In this document: piece after piece, positions 34,100-47,593 of the stretch
Layout: each line of letters starts with the position of its first letter
How positions within the stretch are numbered: the stretch's first letter is position 1
Notes under the pieces: generated by a model
Seen by the model: the letters and a program-made list of their open reading frames with translations, nothing else
What the model was told of the DNA's origin: nothing
The model's database searches: none
Origin: Phoronis australis
Taxonomy: Eukaryota; Animalia; Phoronida
Direction of reading: 5' to 3'
NCBI GenBank assembly: GCA_002633005.1
Contig: NMRA01000163.1
Location: forward strand, 218,071-282,070
DNA: 64,000 nt
Position numbers and translations under genes: made by a program

Positions 34100-37000
34100 T
34101 CAGGAGCAACACTTAGTCTTTGGTTGGTCATAAGTTCCACTTTCCATTCTGTTATCAAATAGGTTCTGCTCGTCCATGAAAGGTTGAGAATGTCGTCGCT
34201 TTTCTAAAAGTTTTGCGGCGATTGTTTGGAAAACATCCTCCACTCCATCCCCTAAGATATACAGAAACACATTTAAGTACATAAATAAGAAAATACTGAT
34301 TGAACACACTTAAGTTCCTCCCCTTTATTCAAATCTGGTTACTTTTTACACGTACTTCCACACTGAGTTTGTATAGACATTAGTACGCTAAATATATTTG
34401 TTTAAAATATGAATTTTAGTAGAATAACCACGATGTGCACATGTACACAAATGATAGCCAAAACACGGATCAACGTTTGCAAATTAATAGGTAATTTGTG
34501 CTTTTGTTACTTCGTGCCGACACCTGCCTGTTTTTGCGGATGACATAAAAATACATTCACAATTATAAATATCCGCGAAATCTTGAGCTGACTGAGAGCT
34601 GACTTCGGAGGGCAAATCCGTCTTATTCCCCACAAGAATCTTCAAGGCTGAAATCATAAATACAACATTACAATTAATTTTCTGTAAATACAGCGTTTAT
34701 AGGTACATCTACGCGCAGCAATTCGTTGCATGAAGTCCAAGACAATGCTTATTCTGTCACTTGCAGATTGTTAAGCAGGATTTTGCCACATTAATAACCA
34801 TTTACTTGGATCCGGTCAGGTTGTCATATGCGATATTTTTAGCCGAAAAAGCGTAATACTGTCTTGTAATACAGGGTATCAAAAGCTAAGCCAAGTGACC
34901 ATTTCTGGTTTTGTTAAATTCTTTCTGCTTCCCTTTCTCCTAAATTTCCCCCCTTGCCGAACTATGTTTGAGCAGAGACACGAAATGTCGTCCATTTCTA
35001 CGATACATGTATGTTATTCGGAAGTTCTTGGACCAGGCGGTCTCGCCACCTGGTGACAGCATTACTCGTCTTGAGTCTGCTAATATACCGTAATCGTTCG
35101 GGTTAACGCCCTGGGCGGTTCAATGGGCGAATCCAAAAAATCGGGACAGGGCGGTTAACCGAGCAGTGGGCGGTTAAATAGAAAATCCACCTAAAGTAGG
35201 GGATGGGCGGTTAACTGACCATGGGCGTTAACCCGAACGATTACGGTATATAAATACAATAAGTGATCAAAGTTCTCAAATTTTTGAATTCCGTACTTTA
35301 CAGCTGATAACAAATAACACATCTGGCGATAGTTGTCAGCCTTTGAAAATAGAAAAATAAAACGTGCAATTAGACTTTGACAATGACTATAAAATTGAAA
35401 ATAGAAAATTGGATCGATTTTCCTCGTTTTAGTTTTTGTTTTAGAGTCCCATACAACAAAACTTGACCAAGCAAACTTCCAAAAAACAATTGACAGATTG
35501 CGGATGCAAATGTAGATGCAACAGCAATCAATTAACATCATTCTATCAACAGCGTAACCATGAAAAATTAGGAACGCTAAGTTACCTGTCTCAGATAAGA
35601 ACATGTGTACATACATGTAATAAACTCGATTATATACAGATGGCGCTGTGTGTGGTCTTAATATAATATAATTGGTCTTTCCTACAAGGCCCCTCAACTG
35701 TCCATATACGGTATTTCAACAGGTGAACAGCGATTAGTGACTATAATGAATAAATAACACTCGTTGTTATTCCGTGACCTGAACAAAAATAATATAGTAA
35801 CAATAACACACAAAGCTGCTATTTATTTGTAAACAATTCCCTTTCACAGACTGCTTGGGTAATTCGGTGTATAAATAGGCAATTTGAAACGTAATTGACA
35901 AGAGGTGGAAAACGGTTTCGCATATTAGTGTAAAGGTGTCTATGCTCAATTTGTTTGTGGAAGAAATGTGTAACTGTACGCGCGTTGTAGGACGGGATAC
36001 TCGGCATCTACACACTTCAGACATGCGCACGCTTTCAACACAGTTCGGTGTAATATTAAATTCGTGGTTATGTAATCATTGTCTTCATAAAGTACCAGGA
36101 CCCAAATTGTAACTGATGGAGGGATGCTTTTACTCCGAATGACAACAAATTAAGGAGAACGAATGGTACAGTACGTATGTGTGTCAGTGTGAGCGTGAAA
36201 TGGGTCAATCATGTCGACTTATCACGTTGTTGTTGAGCAATGTAAACTTCAATCCCCGTTGAAAACTAAAGGTTTATGCCCCTCGGCCACGGTGGGACAG
36301 AGCCAAATAACACGTTGTAATGTAACCTAACTGAAAAACGTCCAATTTTCTTGATGGAGAATATTATAAAAGCTGGTTGAATAACCTTAGCGTGGATGTC
36401 TAAAAGATATACGTAGGACCATGTAAAGAACAGCATCATCTTGGACGTTAGTGATCGGATTCAAATGAAACTTTGAGATACTATGCTTGATGCACAGTGG
36501 TCTAAAACTCTTGTAGGAAGTATTCTTAAAATCTTCCATCAATGATTATCATGAAAAAGCAAAGAATTTAAATAAAACGAAAACGGAGTGATTAATTAGA
36601 AAATTGTTAAAGCCGCGGTTTTGAAATTTCAACTTGAGTAGTATTTTACACAAAATTTGGTCATGTTTTTGATACCATTGTTTTGATAAATATATGAATG
36701 TACATTTTGATTTTTGCTGAATTTTACTGAAGACATGGTCATGTGAACCAATTAATGGCTGATTGGTATAAAGGTCAAACATCAAATTCTTCGGGCTTTT
36801 TATTTTCAGGAAATTTATACACATTTGGGTTAAAAATCGATACTTTTATAGACATTTGGCTACTAAAACACCTGCTAGTTGATAAGGATAACATTAACAG
36901 CTTTTGAAGGACGAAATTCTGCTTCGTGTTGTGCAGGAAATCGCGATCAATCATAAGACCGGACAAATATCGTAAAGGAGTAGCCACCCTAGCAACCAAT

Positions 37001-40000
37001 CTTTGTTCATGCGTTGAAATATATAATCAACTGATCTTCTTTGACCTATGTCGTAACTGCCCTTAAGTCTGATGGACTATGCCCATTGAGCTATAGTCCT
37101 AGACAACAGTTACTACATAGTTACGAGAGATTACAAGAATATTCCAAAGTCACTGCAATACCCTTACCGTTGGGCACGATATTATCAGAATCGTCAACCC
37201 ATGGCGGTAGGAGTTGAATCGACGACATGTTATCGACGCTATAAACGAACACTACGGCGTGTGCATGGCGGTAGTAGTTGGCGGTCATGGTGCGGAACCT
37301 CTCCACTCCTGCAGTGTCCCAAATATCTAACTGAAATACAGAGTATAGGTAATCATATATTCCTCGGAGACTCACAGTACCATAATTTGACACATACAAA
37401 GCACACGGTTGCAGCACCTAAATTCCCTAGCGGAAGTTGTCGCAAGGGGCCCCTCCGTTTCTACAATGCACAGGCGGATTTAGGGGGGGGGGGGGGCNTG
37501 CGGTGCTTCCACGCTTCTCGAGACATCCTAGATAAGCCGGGGACTATACATGTATAAACTCTATATCATATTGAAACCGTGTGCGAGCAGTATATGGGCA
37601 GCGCTTCTGACTTTCAAACTCCGTTGTCCTGGAAATACTTTAATTTGCACTGTACATTGCACGTCCATAACAATTCATAGTCACTTGCACGAGACGTGAG
37701 TCTTAAAGGAAAATGCCATTCGATTTAATTAGTCTTTTTTGCCGTCTTAATCGGTCTATATCCACATCGCCTCGCATACTGTCACCTTACCTTGCCAAGA
37801 CGTGTCGCGTTAACCTGTGAGGAAGGTGAGAAACGACGCTAGCGACGTCAGTGCTTCCTTTGCAGAGTGAATGCCGCTATGTTGCGGTGCATCGTTCTTG
37901 CTTGTCCGAACTATGCAGATGCGAGGAAAGCGGGTAAATCGTTTTTTTTTTCGACTTCTTCGAGAGTCCGAAATGCTTAGGAAGTGGCTCGAGGTAGTGA
38001 AGAATGAAAAGTACGCTGTAAATAGCAAGTATGAGGCCGTGAAACATCTCCGTGTCTGTGGCCTGCAGTCGTCGACAGTGCCTGACGAATCCCGCTTACC
38101 AAATAACTATCCATACGTTCCGTTGTCGGAGCTTGTTCACGGCGCCTCTCTTGTATTTCATCATCACTGTAGTTCTGTTCGAACTGATAGCCTGTGAAAC
38201 TTAACGATCTACCTGCGAAGTCTTCGATGAGCTCTTGTCTAATTTGGGATTGCTAGTTGCCATGTTGGCGTTTATTACTGAGCATTCTGTTTCAAAATGA
38301 ATTATTCTCACCCTATCCAATACTTATATAGAACTGAAACAAAGTCTGTCTCATTAGATGCAATGTGTAATGCCCTTGGAGTGTTCGTGAGTGCAAATGA
38401 TTTGAGAAGCCTGCAATGAATAAACCACTACGTTACCGGCTTTAGGTGCAATAAAACTAATTGGGCGGGACAGCGTGACCGAGGCTGTGTGAGCTCATGC
38501 TAATTTAGTGTTTGCTGACAGAAACAGTTGTGAAACAACTCGATTTCCATCCCACGGCCAGGTGTTAGGGGATTCTTTATTTACATTTACATTATTCAAA
38601 TAACGATTGTCAATGTACAAATTGTGCCCCGATGGTGATGTGGTTGAAATCGGAACCTGAAATCGCGGCCCTCGACGAGTAAGTAGATTTGCAAATTGCA
38701 GTACGTGGCTAATTCACCAACATAATCACGTGCGCATTACTTTGGCTCACTAGTATAGTATTTTCTTGACTGGAAGTTTAGTTTCCAACTTTGGCTAGTT
38801 AATGTTGGTGATGTCTGATTGGCTTCCGAGCCACTGGCCGGAATAACGAGTCACTATCCGGCTGCGACGGGCCTGATCGGGCTTCGAGCCACTGGCCAGG
38901 ATAACAAGCGTTTTGTGTTTAGAATCCAAAAAATCACAAGTCTAAACAACACAGATATAGCTTCTCCTGCCTTGTATTTCACGGCAAAATACTTTATCTC
39001 CGAACAGACCCCAAACTGGCTGCGGACCACGTTATTGGCTTGCCGAACTTTGTAGGCTACGGTGTGTCCAAATACCAATAAATCCGTAACAGCGAAATAA
39101 AACACCAAGTGTTTATAAGAACTTGGTGTATTTTTAAGGGTTTTACATCGAAGTTTGATGATTTATTGGTGTTAAACGATGAATTCAAGCGATAAGCCGA
39201 CACCAGTAACCCGTGTTGTGAACTGCTGAACAGACTGCGTGTGAAACCAATTACGTCAATGGATTATTTCAACACCTCCGTCTGCCGTCATGTGTCAGGT
39301 AACGGGACCGTACGTGCCGTCATGGAGTAGAACTACTCGATCTAAATTGATACAAATTAGGTTGTTTTTGCGTAGCTTGCTTTTTTAAAAGGACAAGGTT
39401 TTATCACTTGCATAAAACAATGCTAAACCCTGTTTTATTGATTTCATCCATAACTGGCCCTGATCGACAACTATTGCCGGCACAAACAATACTTTTCATG
39501 AGAGATGGGAGTATTGCTATTACTATGTAGTTCCTCATAATGTCACAAAGTAAATCTTGTGGCCCGAGGAGAATCATATTTCTCCACAGCTGTCGATTTC
39601 AATCCTCTAGCAAGAACTCATCCGAAGCGCTAGAAATGCTTGCAAGGAGTTTTCAAATTTACTACAACGTTTGCTTGTTGATTACAGAATATCATTTATC
39701 TTCCAATTTTACGTGATCTAGTTAAAATCAAGCTCCAATGGTGAAACCGGTTTGTCCGTAAGAGGTCAGCTACATGTAAGGCTGAGTTTAGTCAAATAGA
39801 CACGTTTTTCATTGACAAAACTTGATACTGAACACATAGAGAATAGTTCTGATTATATGCATGCATACATTGCATCTTGACCCCGAACTTAAGGTCAAAG
39901 AGCGGGGGGCGCTTCAAGACAATTAACGAGACGAGAGCCATGATGCATTTTTAACTGGAGATTTGGCATGACCACAATATTATTTCCAACTCGTGACGCG

Positions 40001-41363
40001 TGATGTCCGGGCGAGTGGTAAAAACCCGTTACAAAGAATGCGTGGCTCACTGCCATAATGAAACGATCTGAAATCACATTTTTATTAATTTCGCTCGAAA
40101 ACTATCACGTATTCCCAACACGTGTACATGGTTTGTACGTTAAATTAGTTAACTGTCTAAACGCTCTCGGTCAGTTTAAGATTGCAATCGAGGAACTAAT
40201 CAGTTCATGCGATAAATACGATATCGCTGATATCATAGTTTTTGACCCGTGACAATGCCTATCAAACAGTAATAGTTGATAACCAGTATCGCATCAAGGT
40301 AACGGAACTCCTGTGTCACCAAGTCAGGTCACTGTTCTTCATCTCTTGAAACACTGCCCGATTATGATACAATATAATGCAGTATAGCCTTCAAATCCGT
40401 GACAATTAAAAAGTATTAGTTCGAATGTAACATCTAGACGTTTGGAGTTATGTAAACGTTTTTCTGCTAAGATGATAGTTTAGTGGCGGGCCGGAGATTG
40501 TCTTACTTCCGCAGATGTGAAACTTGTATATTCTGTTTTTATCAGTTACAAAGTCCGGAGAAAAAACGAGTGCATGTCTAAAAGATTTCAGGGGCGGATC
40601 CATGATTTTGAGTTAGGGAGGTCCAGGGCACTCGAGTATTAGCCAGGAATATGTCCGTCAGACATTTGCACCCCCGAACTGCCAAATGGAATCTGGGAGT
40701 GGGGCATGGCCCCCTTGGCCCCCTCTAAATCCGCCACTGGATTTAATATCACTTCAAAGACTTGGCATTCAACAGCCCGATACCTTGGCTGTCAGAAATG
40801 AACTCACCAGCGTTCTGAAAATTTCATACGTCTTCAATGAATTATAACGGCCAACCCGCAAGGCTGAACGTACATGGTAATGGTATGCACGTAGACAAAG
40901 AAAGTTCGTGTAATAAAAGTTTTGCCGTGCGAAGCCGGATGCTACGATCGAGATGAGCGCCTCAAGTGAGCGTAGAGTGAGGTGACAGCTCATGCCAATG
41001 ATAAAACTTAATAAATAACGATTCAAATTCATTATTTCTGCCCTCCGTATGTTATTTGGCGTCAGGTGTCAGGTCACCTGTGGCTCAGTTGAGGCAGACT
41101 GCCCAACGCCGGACCTATTAACCCAATATAGCACAAGTATGTCGTTCAGCTAACTAAAACTGAAAGTGACTGCTCACTAAGGTAACAAACCTTACCCTAA
41201 CCGGTGTATCCTTAACCATGTAATACTTCGAGCAGCTTTCCAGTCCGCACGTAGTCCGTGCTTTCTCATGAAAGAAGCCATCCTTTAAACGCAAAAACAG
41301 CGTAGTTTTTCCGACACCTGCTTCACCAAGAATTACAACCTTGTATTGCGGTCCCCGCGACAT
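34100..41363 (-). CDS. Divergent Rab-family small GTPase, 200 aa, 4 exons
   Basis: Exons 41363-41196 (GEAGVGKT), 37330-37168 (WDTAGVERFRTMTANYYRHAHAVVFVY), 34647-34528 (LVGNKTD...SSAKT) and 34251-34100 (GDGVEDVF...KTKCCS*) total 603 nt in frame. C-terminal CC prenylation motif. Intron 3 needs a GC donor. Confidence 0.9.
35088..35246. mobile_element. Tc1/mariner-superfamily MITE (CCGTA termini, TA target duplication)
   Basis: Perfect 24 bp TIR ccgtaatcgttcgggttaacgccc / gggcgttaacccgaacgattacgg, flanked by TA on both sides. Confidence 0.85.
37707..39384 (+). mobile_element. Kolobok-type non-autonomous DNA transposon, copy C, in Rab intron 1
   Basis: TTAA at 37703-37706 and 39385-39388, with a degraded right TIR. 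THAP-like ORF at 37871-38197. Minus-strand ELIEDFAG...GYQFEQNYSDDEIQERRREQ lies downstream of ATG 38263. Confidence 0.85.
40589..40739. mobile_element. Short MITE, same family as 4884-5025 (opposite orientation)
   Basis: CAGGGGCGGATCC...ATCCGCCACTG. GATTT occurs on both flanks, a possible TSD. Confidence 0.7.
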
Positions 41364-44300
41364 TGTTTAGTGGACGAATGTACATGTAGGTCAGTGTTTT
41401 CCTTCACGCCCGCGACGACCACAACCGCTTCTCCAGGACCTTGAAGACCGCGACACTTCCATAGAGCCCGTTCACAGCAGCTATCAATGCACTGCTTCGA
41501 ACAAATGACTACTCATGATTTAAGACTGCGAGAAATGACCTATTGCAAGAAGGGGTCAAGTTGACGAGGTGTTCAACTTCCCGGTTCGTAGCTCCACATA
41601 AGCGAAGCTATTTTGTTGTTTCATAAAACGACATGTAGAGATACAATGAGGGAGCAGCACTAGCCAATCACGCCACAGCAACCGAGACCTCTCTCGATGC
41701 TGAAAAGACCTCTCTCGATGCTTGAACCTAGTGTCTCGTTCCAGCTGACTAACCGTAGTAGCGCTCTATACGCAATATTTAGCGACCTCACCTTTGGTCG
41801 TTTCAAGGTCATCCCTTCTGTAAACAATGAATAGAAACAACTCAGTCGGCAGCCTCGGCAACTGTCAGAGTCGGTCAACGGCATGTCAACACCCGCAAAT
41901 GTCAGATGCAACAATGTTAAGACAAACAAAATACAAAAAATAACGAAGCAATTATGAGCGAACAAGTGCACAGCTCAGTAATTTTAATTCACAGCAGTTA
42001 TCAATAGCCAGCTATTAAAATAGCTGACTATTGATAACTGCTGTGAATGACTGCATTACTGGCGCGGAGATGTGGGTTCGGGGGATTCATACGAATCAAT
42101 CAATCAATACCAAATGTATTTCAATTCCTGGCCCAAAAAGTGGCCAATTCCAATACTTGACTAAAAATGACTCATTGCAATACTTAGACAGAATAAACCT
42201 TGAAGAACCCCACTGAAAGAGCAACAAAACTTTGTGATAGCACAACAGTAGAGGGTGATGGTTTGAGAGAGGGACCAGGAGTGAGATTCATTACAGTGAT
42301 CTCACGATTCCATTTCACAGTTGCTGAAAAGTGTTTAGCCAGGTACTCATATAAAAGCCCTAGTCGCACTCTAGGAATAACTTAGAAATTATCTCAGTAA
42401 CTAGCAGTTGTGAGCATATTCTCGGAGACTTTGTACTTTTGCTCCGTCACTGGTGAGATTTGATTATCTTTCAAAAAAGTTGTGAGGAGCGTAAAACTTT
42501 AAGGTGGCATTTTAAACTCACGTTTCATGAAAAGACCCAGGGTCAAATTGAATATCGTACTTCTCCGATACTCAAAGGTTGGTTACCGTACGCAATGCAC
42601 AATGGGGGATGTTTTTGAGTGAAAAGGTTTCGAAATTAGGAAATTAAAAAGCGGATAAATATGAAATAAAAATTGGTGAAAGAGCATCCTTCCGTAGCCG
42701 CATCTTTCAAGTTACATGTATGCAGCGTAACTCGCTTGATCCATATCATAGGAATTTTTTGCTTTTTCATTACAAGATGTTTTTTTCGACATCTCACATT
42801 TATTTCCGAAACTTGTTCGACAAATCATTTAATGAGGTTTTCGACTGCAGTTAGTAGAGCGCCGCGCAAAGAATTGCCAAAAGTTATCGTAAGAAAATGA
42901 CCTTCGTCAGTCAGGTCAACAGCACCATCCCTCGCATGTGATTTACGAGGTTTTCGAGATATGAAACAATTACCGTCTCCACAGAGTTAAGACCATAATC
43001 CAAGTGATCAACTCGCTCAAGATTATTAGTTTCTATGGAGCTGAGTTACCATCGATTGGTAACAGTCGGGTTCATTTTTTTTCGACTTTGAACTGCAAAA
43101 TGAAAGTGACTCGACCGCAGGTTTATACTCGGTCATATGGTTATCAATGTGTATGCATAGGCCTACCTATAATATGTATTAATGTATATGCATATGAATC
43201 ACAATACAGCGAGATAGGGAGAAACTCTGAAGCGAGTAAGGCGTGCCTGAAGCCATGGCGATAGTTAAGGACGCAAAGTTTAACTGTATTTTGTGCGTAT
43301 TCGTGAGCGAAAGGAATGCGATCTTACTTAGTGGTATTCAGAAGATTGGACTGCATGTCTGATTAAAACATGACATAATCGAACAAATAAGATGGATTTG
43401 TCAGCTGGGAAAGAAACGATAATAACTGACCATGGCCACGGCACATAGTTTTCCATGCAAGTGCGATCAATCCTTCGACAACAACTCAGCTGGGACTACT
43501 AAATGTTTTGACGAAACCACTGAAATGAGAGACTAACAGAATTCAGGGATTGAACTGGATAAAGACAAATGTTCAGTGTTGACTTTGTGCAGTAGAAAAG
43601 CACTAGTTGCAATTCGGGAAAGTATTCTCAAGGGCTCAAATTATCCTGCCGTGTTTACACACACCAACAAACACAAGCGACATTGGCAGAGTGCAGTTAT
43701 GAGAAAATTGGCGTTAAATGGTTCACTTTTCTCAGAGGACGACAGCGTGAATAATGTATGTGGGCACATAACTAGGCCGGTGTAGCCACCCGATGAGTGC
43801 TTTTACCAACCAGGATGTTCGGCTGCTGTTCAGAGCAGTAACTGAAAAGAACATGAAAGAGAGATCGGAAAATGACTTCAAGCGTCCATCCACTGCGCCG
43901 GTATGTAAGCTCGATGCATTTTTGACAAGGGTCATAATATTCAAAACCAGCATTCCATCATGCCATCATTTCGACTATAAAAACTAGTTAAAAAGTCATT
44001 TCGTAAATCTACATGTACATCGCGCATTTCCATTGTCGTGTTTCAGACGCATTCACGTTACCGAGGAGACTTCGCGTCCAAACATTGCCCCCAGGAGTTC
44101 TTTTCTACAGCAGCCTGGGACTATTCAGAAACTGGTATGGCCGCTCGCACCGCCCTCATTCAGTCATGAGATTTTTAAGCGCAGACCAGGGTAGAATTCA
44201 TTAGCTGTCTCACGGCCGGAAAAATCTAGCCAAAATCACCTGTTCTCATTTAAAATACACGGCAATAATCTCACTTAATCTCGAGGAGGCTTATTTTTTA

Positions 44301-46068
44301 GCTAAGCCCTTGTGTTACTGAACTCTACACTGGGTATAGTTCGTCTCGCGTCTGGCCAAAATCAGGACTGGTGCTCCTATGAAAAATACACGGCAATATC
44401 TCGCGATATCTTGCTTTTCTAGCGAAGTACTATCCTTATTAAACTCTACCCCGGATATTCCATGCTTTATTAACATATAGATTATGTAAGTTTATGAAGC
44501 TGACTTGGCTTGTATGTTCATAGAGCTTTCACTGCAGTCATAAGCTCATCCCAACAACTCCTTGCTTTTGTGGTCACTCAGTACTAGGTGGAACCAATAT
44601 GGTGCCTACGTATCTCAGTATGCTATTATCGGACAAACTGCTGACATCAGGCACAACCCACGCTGAAAACAATTCCTTTGTGCATAGGATCCATGCCTTG
44701 AAATTATGATTTGAGACGTCAAAAACCTGATAGACAAATATTCTATTAATATACAACCTCATTGATATGAACAGCTAGCGGAAGGTTTCACTTTGTCGGC
44801 AACTTGACTACTATAATAAAAGTCTGACGACGATTCTGTTAAATCGTCGAATTAAATGTTTTAAATGTTATTGGAGTTTCCATGTGTACCAGAAATGCCA
44901 TTGAAACAACACCGAAAAAGCCCTCATTATGGCTTTTCCAAACGTTATTTCCAGTAGGGGCTCTTTCAGAACCTTGTTGAATGACTAAATTGCATTATTC
45001 AGAGTGTTTCGCTCTCAGTGATACAGAATTCAACCTGCTCACCAGCTATTTTTGCGGTTTGGTGTAAAGATTTTGAATTTCTGTTGATGTCAGAGCGATT
45101 TTGTTTTAGTTTCAAATTTCGAAAAAAAAACGATCAGTCAGCTTGTCGTCACATCTTCGATTTTAAACCCACAAGGCAAAGCACGCCTCCTTACACTGTT
45201 GTTGGTATGGAAAGACATAGATGAATCCGGCACTTTTTCCTTAAGTGGAAAATGTGACCTTTGACCTTTGATCTAAACCAAACAATGATGACTTCAAGCT
45301 GCAGCCAGTCCGATTGAGAGGCAATTGATGCAAATCTCAACTGTTTCAAATTAGTTATAAAGGTATCGTAGTATTCAAACATACTCTAAAATGCCATTGG
45401 AATTATTTTGGGAAAATTGATTTCTTCCCTAGGCTGGCTTGCCTCATCCTTTAATGCCCATCTTGTCAATCAGCTCTTTGGTGAATGGCTGTGGGACATT
45501 AGAAACTCTGTGGTGACTACAGAGTGTTTCCTTTGAGCGTATTTCAAAAATCTTGAATTATGTGATTCTTCTGGATTTTCCCTCACAGGCGAAAGTGAAG
45601 AAAGTGAATAACTTTGTAGCAGACGTTGCAAGGTGATACTTTCGTCACGAATTGTTTAGAAGATATCTTTGACGTGTTTTCCGGGTTCCGTTGAAGAGGT
45701 ATACTACAGTTATGACGAAGACGGGGATGCTCTGACCGTAATAATGTTGGTAGGGGCGGAGAATGGGACCTTGATGCCGTCTAAATTCACCTAACTATAA
45801 ATTCAAGTGCTAATCTGTGAAAACAACCGGGATACAAGAGCGCTGTCTCGTTTCCTGATAGATCTATGTTCTAGGTTAATGCTGGTTTGCACCCGTCTTC
45901 TGTCAAAAACTACGTTTAATTAATATATTTATGACATTTTTATGAGAGGGCAGATAAGAAGCCATAAAACAGATAAGCGGCATGAAACGAGCCTTCGTAC
46001 AGGCTTCCTAGCAGCATGTAAAAGTACCTTTCATAGCTGGTTACAGGTCTTCTTACAAGCACGTCTCT

Positions 46069-47593
46069 TTGAACGCCAAACTATTTTTCCGCAATCTAAA
46101 CTTTCAACAACAACTTCTTGTATTGCCGTGCAACACGTCTAGTCCCGCTGTCTGATTCGAACACGAGAAGCCCAACACTCATATAGGCCTACAACACCAA
46201 AAGGAGGCAACTTTTTAGACAATCACAGGCATTTATTCTCTACCTCGACCTTTCTTTGCCATCTAAGGAGTGACCTAAATGCTAGGAAATGCAACAGAAC
46301 CCACCAGAAAGCCATAGGTAAGAAAATAACAAAAAAGTAACACAGTAGGATGTCAAGCAATAGACACACATGTGTGCAACTGAAAAGAGAAGACTACAGA
46401 GACACCTACCGAACAGCAGACGGAACTAAAATAATTTAAGGATTTTAATCTGACCTGTGTCACTTGGGAATGTATTAAACGGTGTCATGTTTTGATAATT
46501 AGAGCCTCCCAGATTTCTAATTCGTCAAAAATCAATTTACCTTTAATTACAAACGAGATGAAAATGTCTTTTGGAAAATCATTCGTGATAACGGAAAGAC
46601 TGTATCTCCAGGCGACCGGTTAAAACTTATAAGGTATTATCAAAATAAGAAAATAAAAAATCTGGTTATTCGTAACAACGAAACAACGAAGCTACTAAAA
46701 ACGGCAGAACTTTGGCTAGGCGTAATTTGGTTTATCAGTTTACGTGCCCTGTATGGACGTGCATCAGTCTTAACGATAAATCAAGTTATATTGACCTTAC
46801 CAACTGTACGTTGCATATAAGGTTTTCTTATCACCTTCAAATTGGTTCTACATTTCGTCACCTGCGACGGTTGCAAATTTACATGCACTGAAATTGTTGA
46901 CAACACAGAAATAAGGCATTTCGAATCTGACCATTATCGTCTTAAGATCTTGATGAATCTAATAGAGAGAGAGAAAGCTTTATTTTTTAAATAATATAAA
47001 AATACATTTTATATGACTAGGTGGCCAGCAAAGGCACGGGGCGCTAATATCTGAGCACCGAGTAACAATAAATTAAATATATATTAACAATTAAAGAGAA
47101 CAATATAAATAACAACAGAAATAAGTACATCTACAATGAAATAAGATACAATGCAAGTTTATCAAAAATGTAAATTAATGTCTAAATAAATCAGAGCACC
47201 CCTTAATAAATCCACAAGACACTAGAATCATTAAATTATTTCAGTGTCGTTTGCAGCCCGGTAGGTGTCTCTGTAGTTTTCTCTTTTCAGTTTCACACTT
47301 GTGTATCCATTGCTTGACATCCTACTGTGTTACTTGTTGTTTTCTTCTCACCTATGTTTTCTTGGTGGGATCTGTTGCCTACATGTACATGTACATTTCT
47401 CGCATTTGATTCAGCAAGGAAGATCGCAATACAGAGAATAATTGCCAGTGATCGTTTTAAAAAAGGTGTCTCCTTTTGGTCAGTTGAGTGTTGGACCTCT
47501 CCTGTTCGAGTTAGACAGCGGGACTAGACGTGTTGCGCGGCAACGAGACGTTTATTGGTTAACTTAAGAGAGCAGAAAATAATTTGGCATTCA
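46069..47593. repeat. Long inverted repeat / foldback (arms about 46069-46445 and 47225-47593)
   Basis: Long reverse-complement blocks, for example caacacgtctagtcccgctgtct / agacagcgggactagacgtgttg and aagtaacacagtaggatgtcaagcaat / attgcttgacatcctactgtgttactt. Confidence 0.85.

Noticed and set aside
41205-41216. GTATCCTT U12-like donor word on the plus strand (also ATATCCTT near 15551 and 33656)
   Set aside because: Antisense to a coding exon or outside any exon boundary; no matching branch site or acceptor was found.
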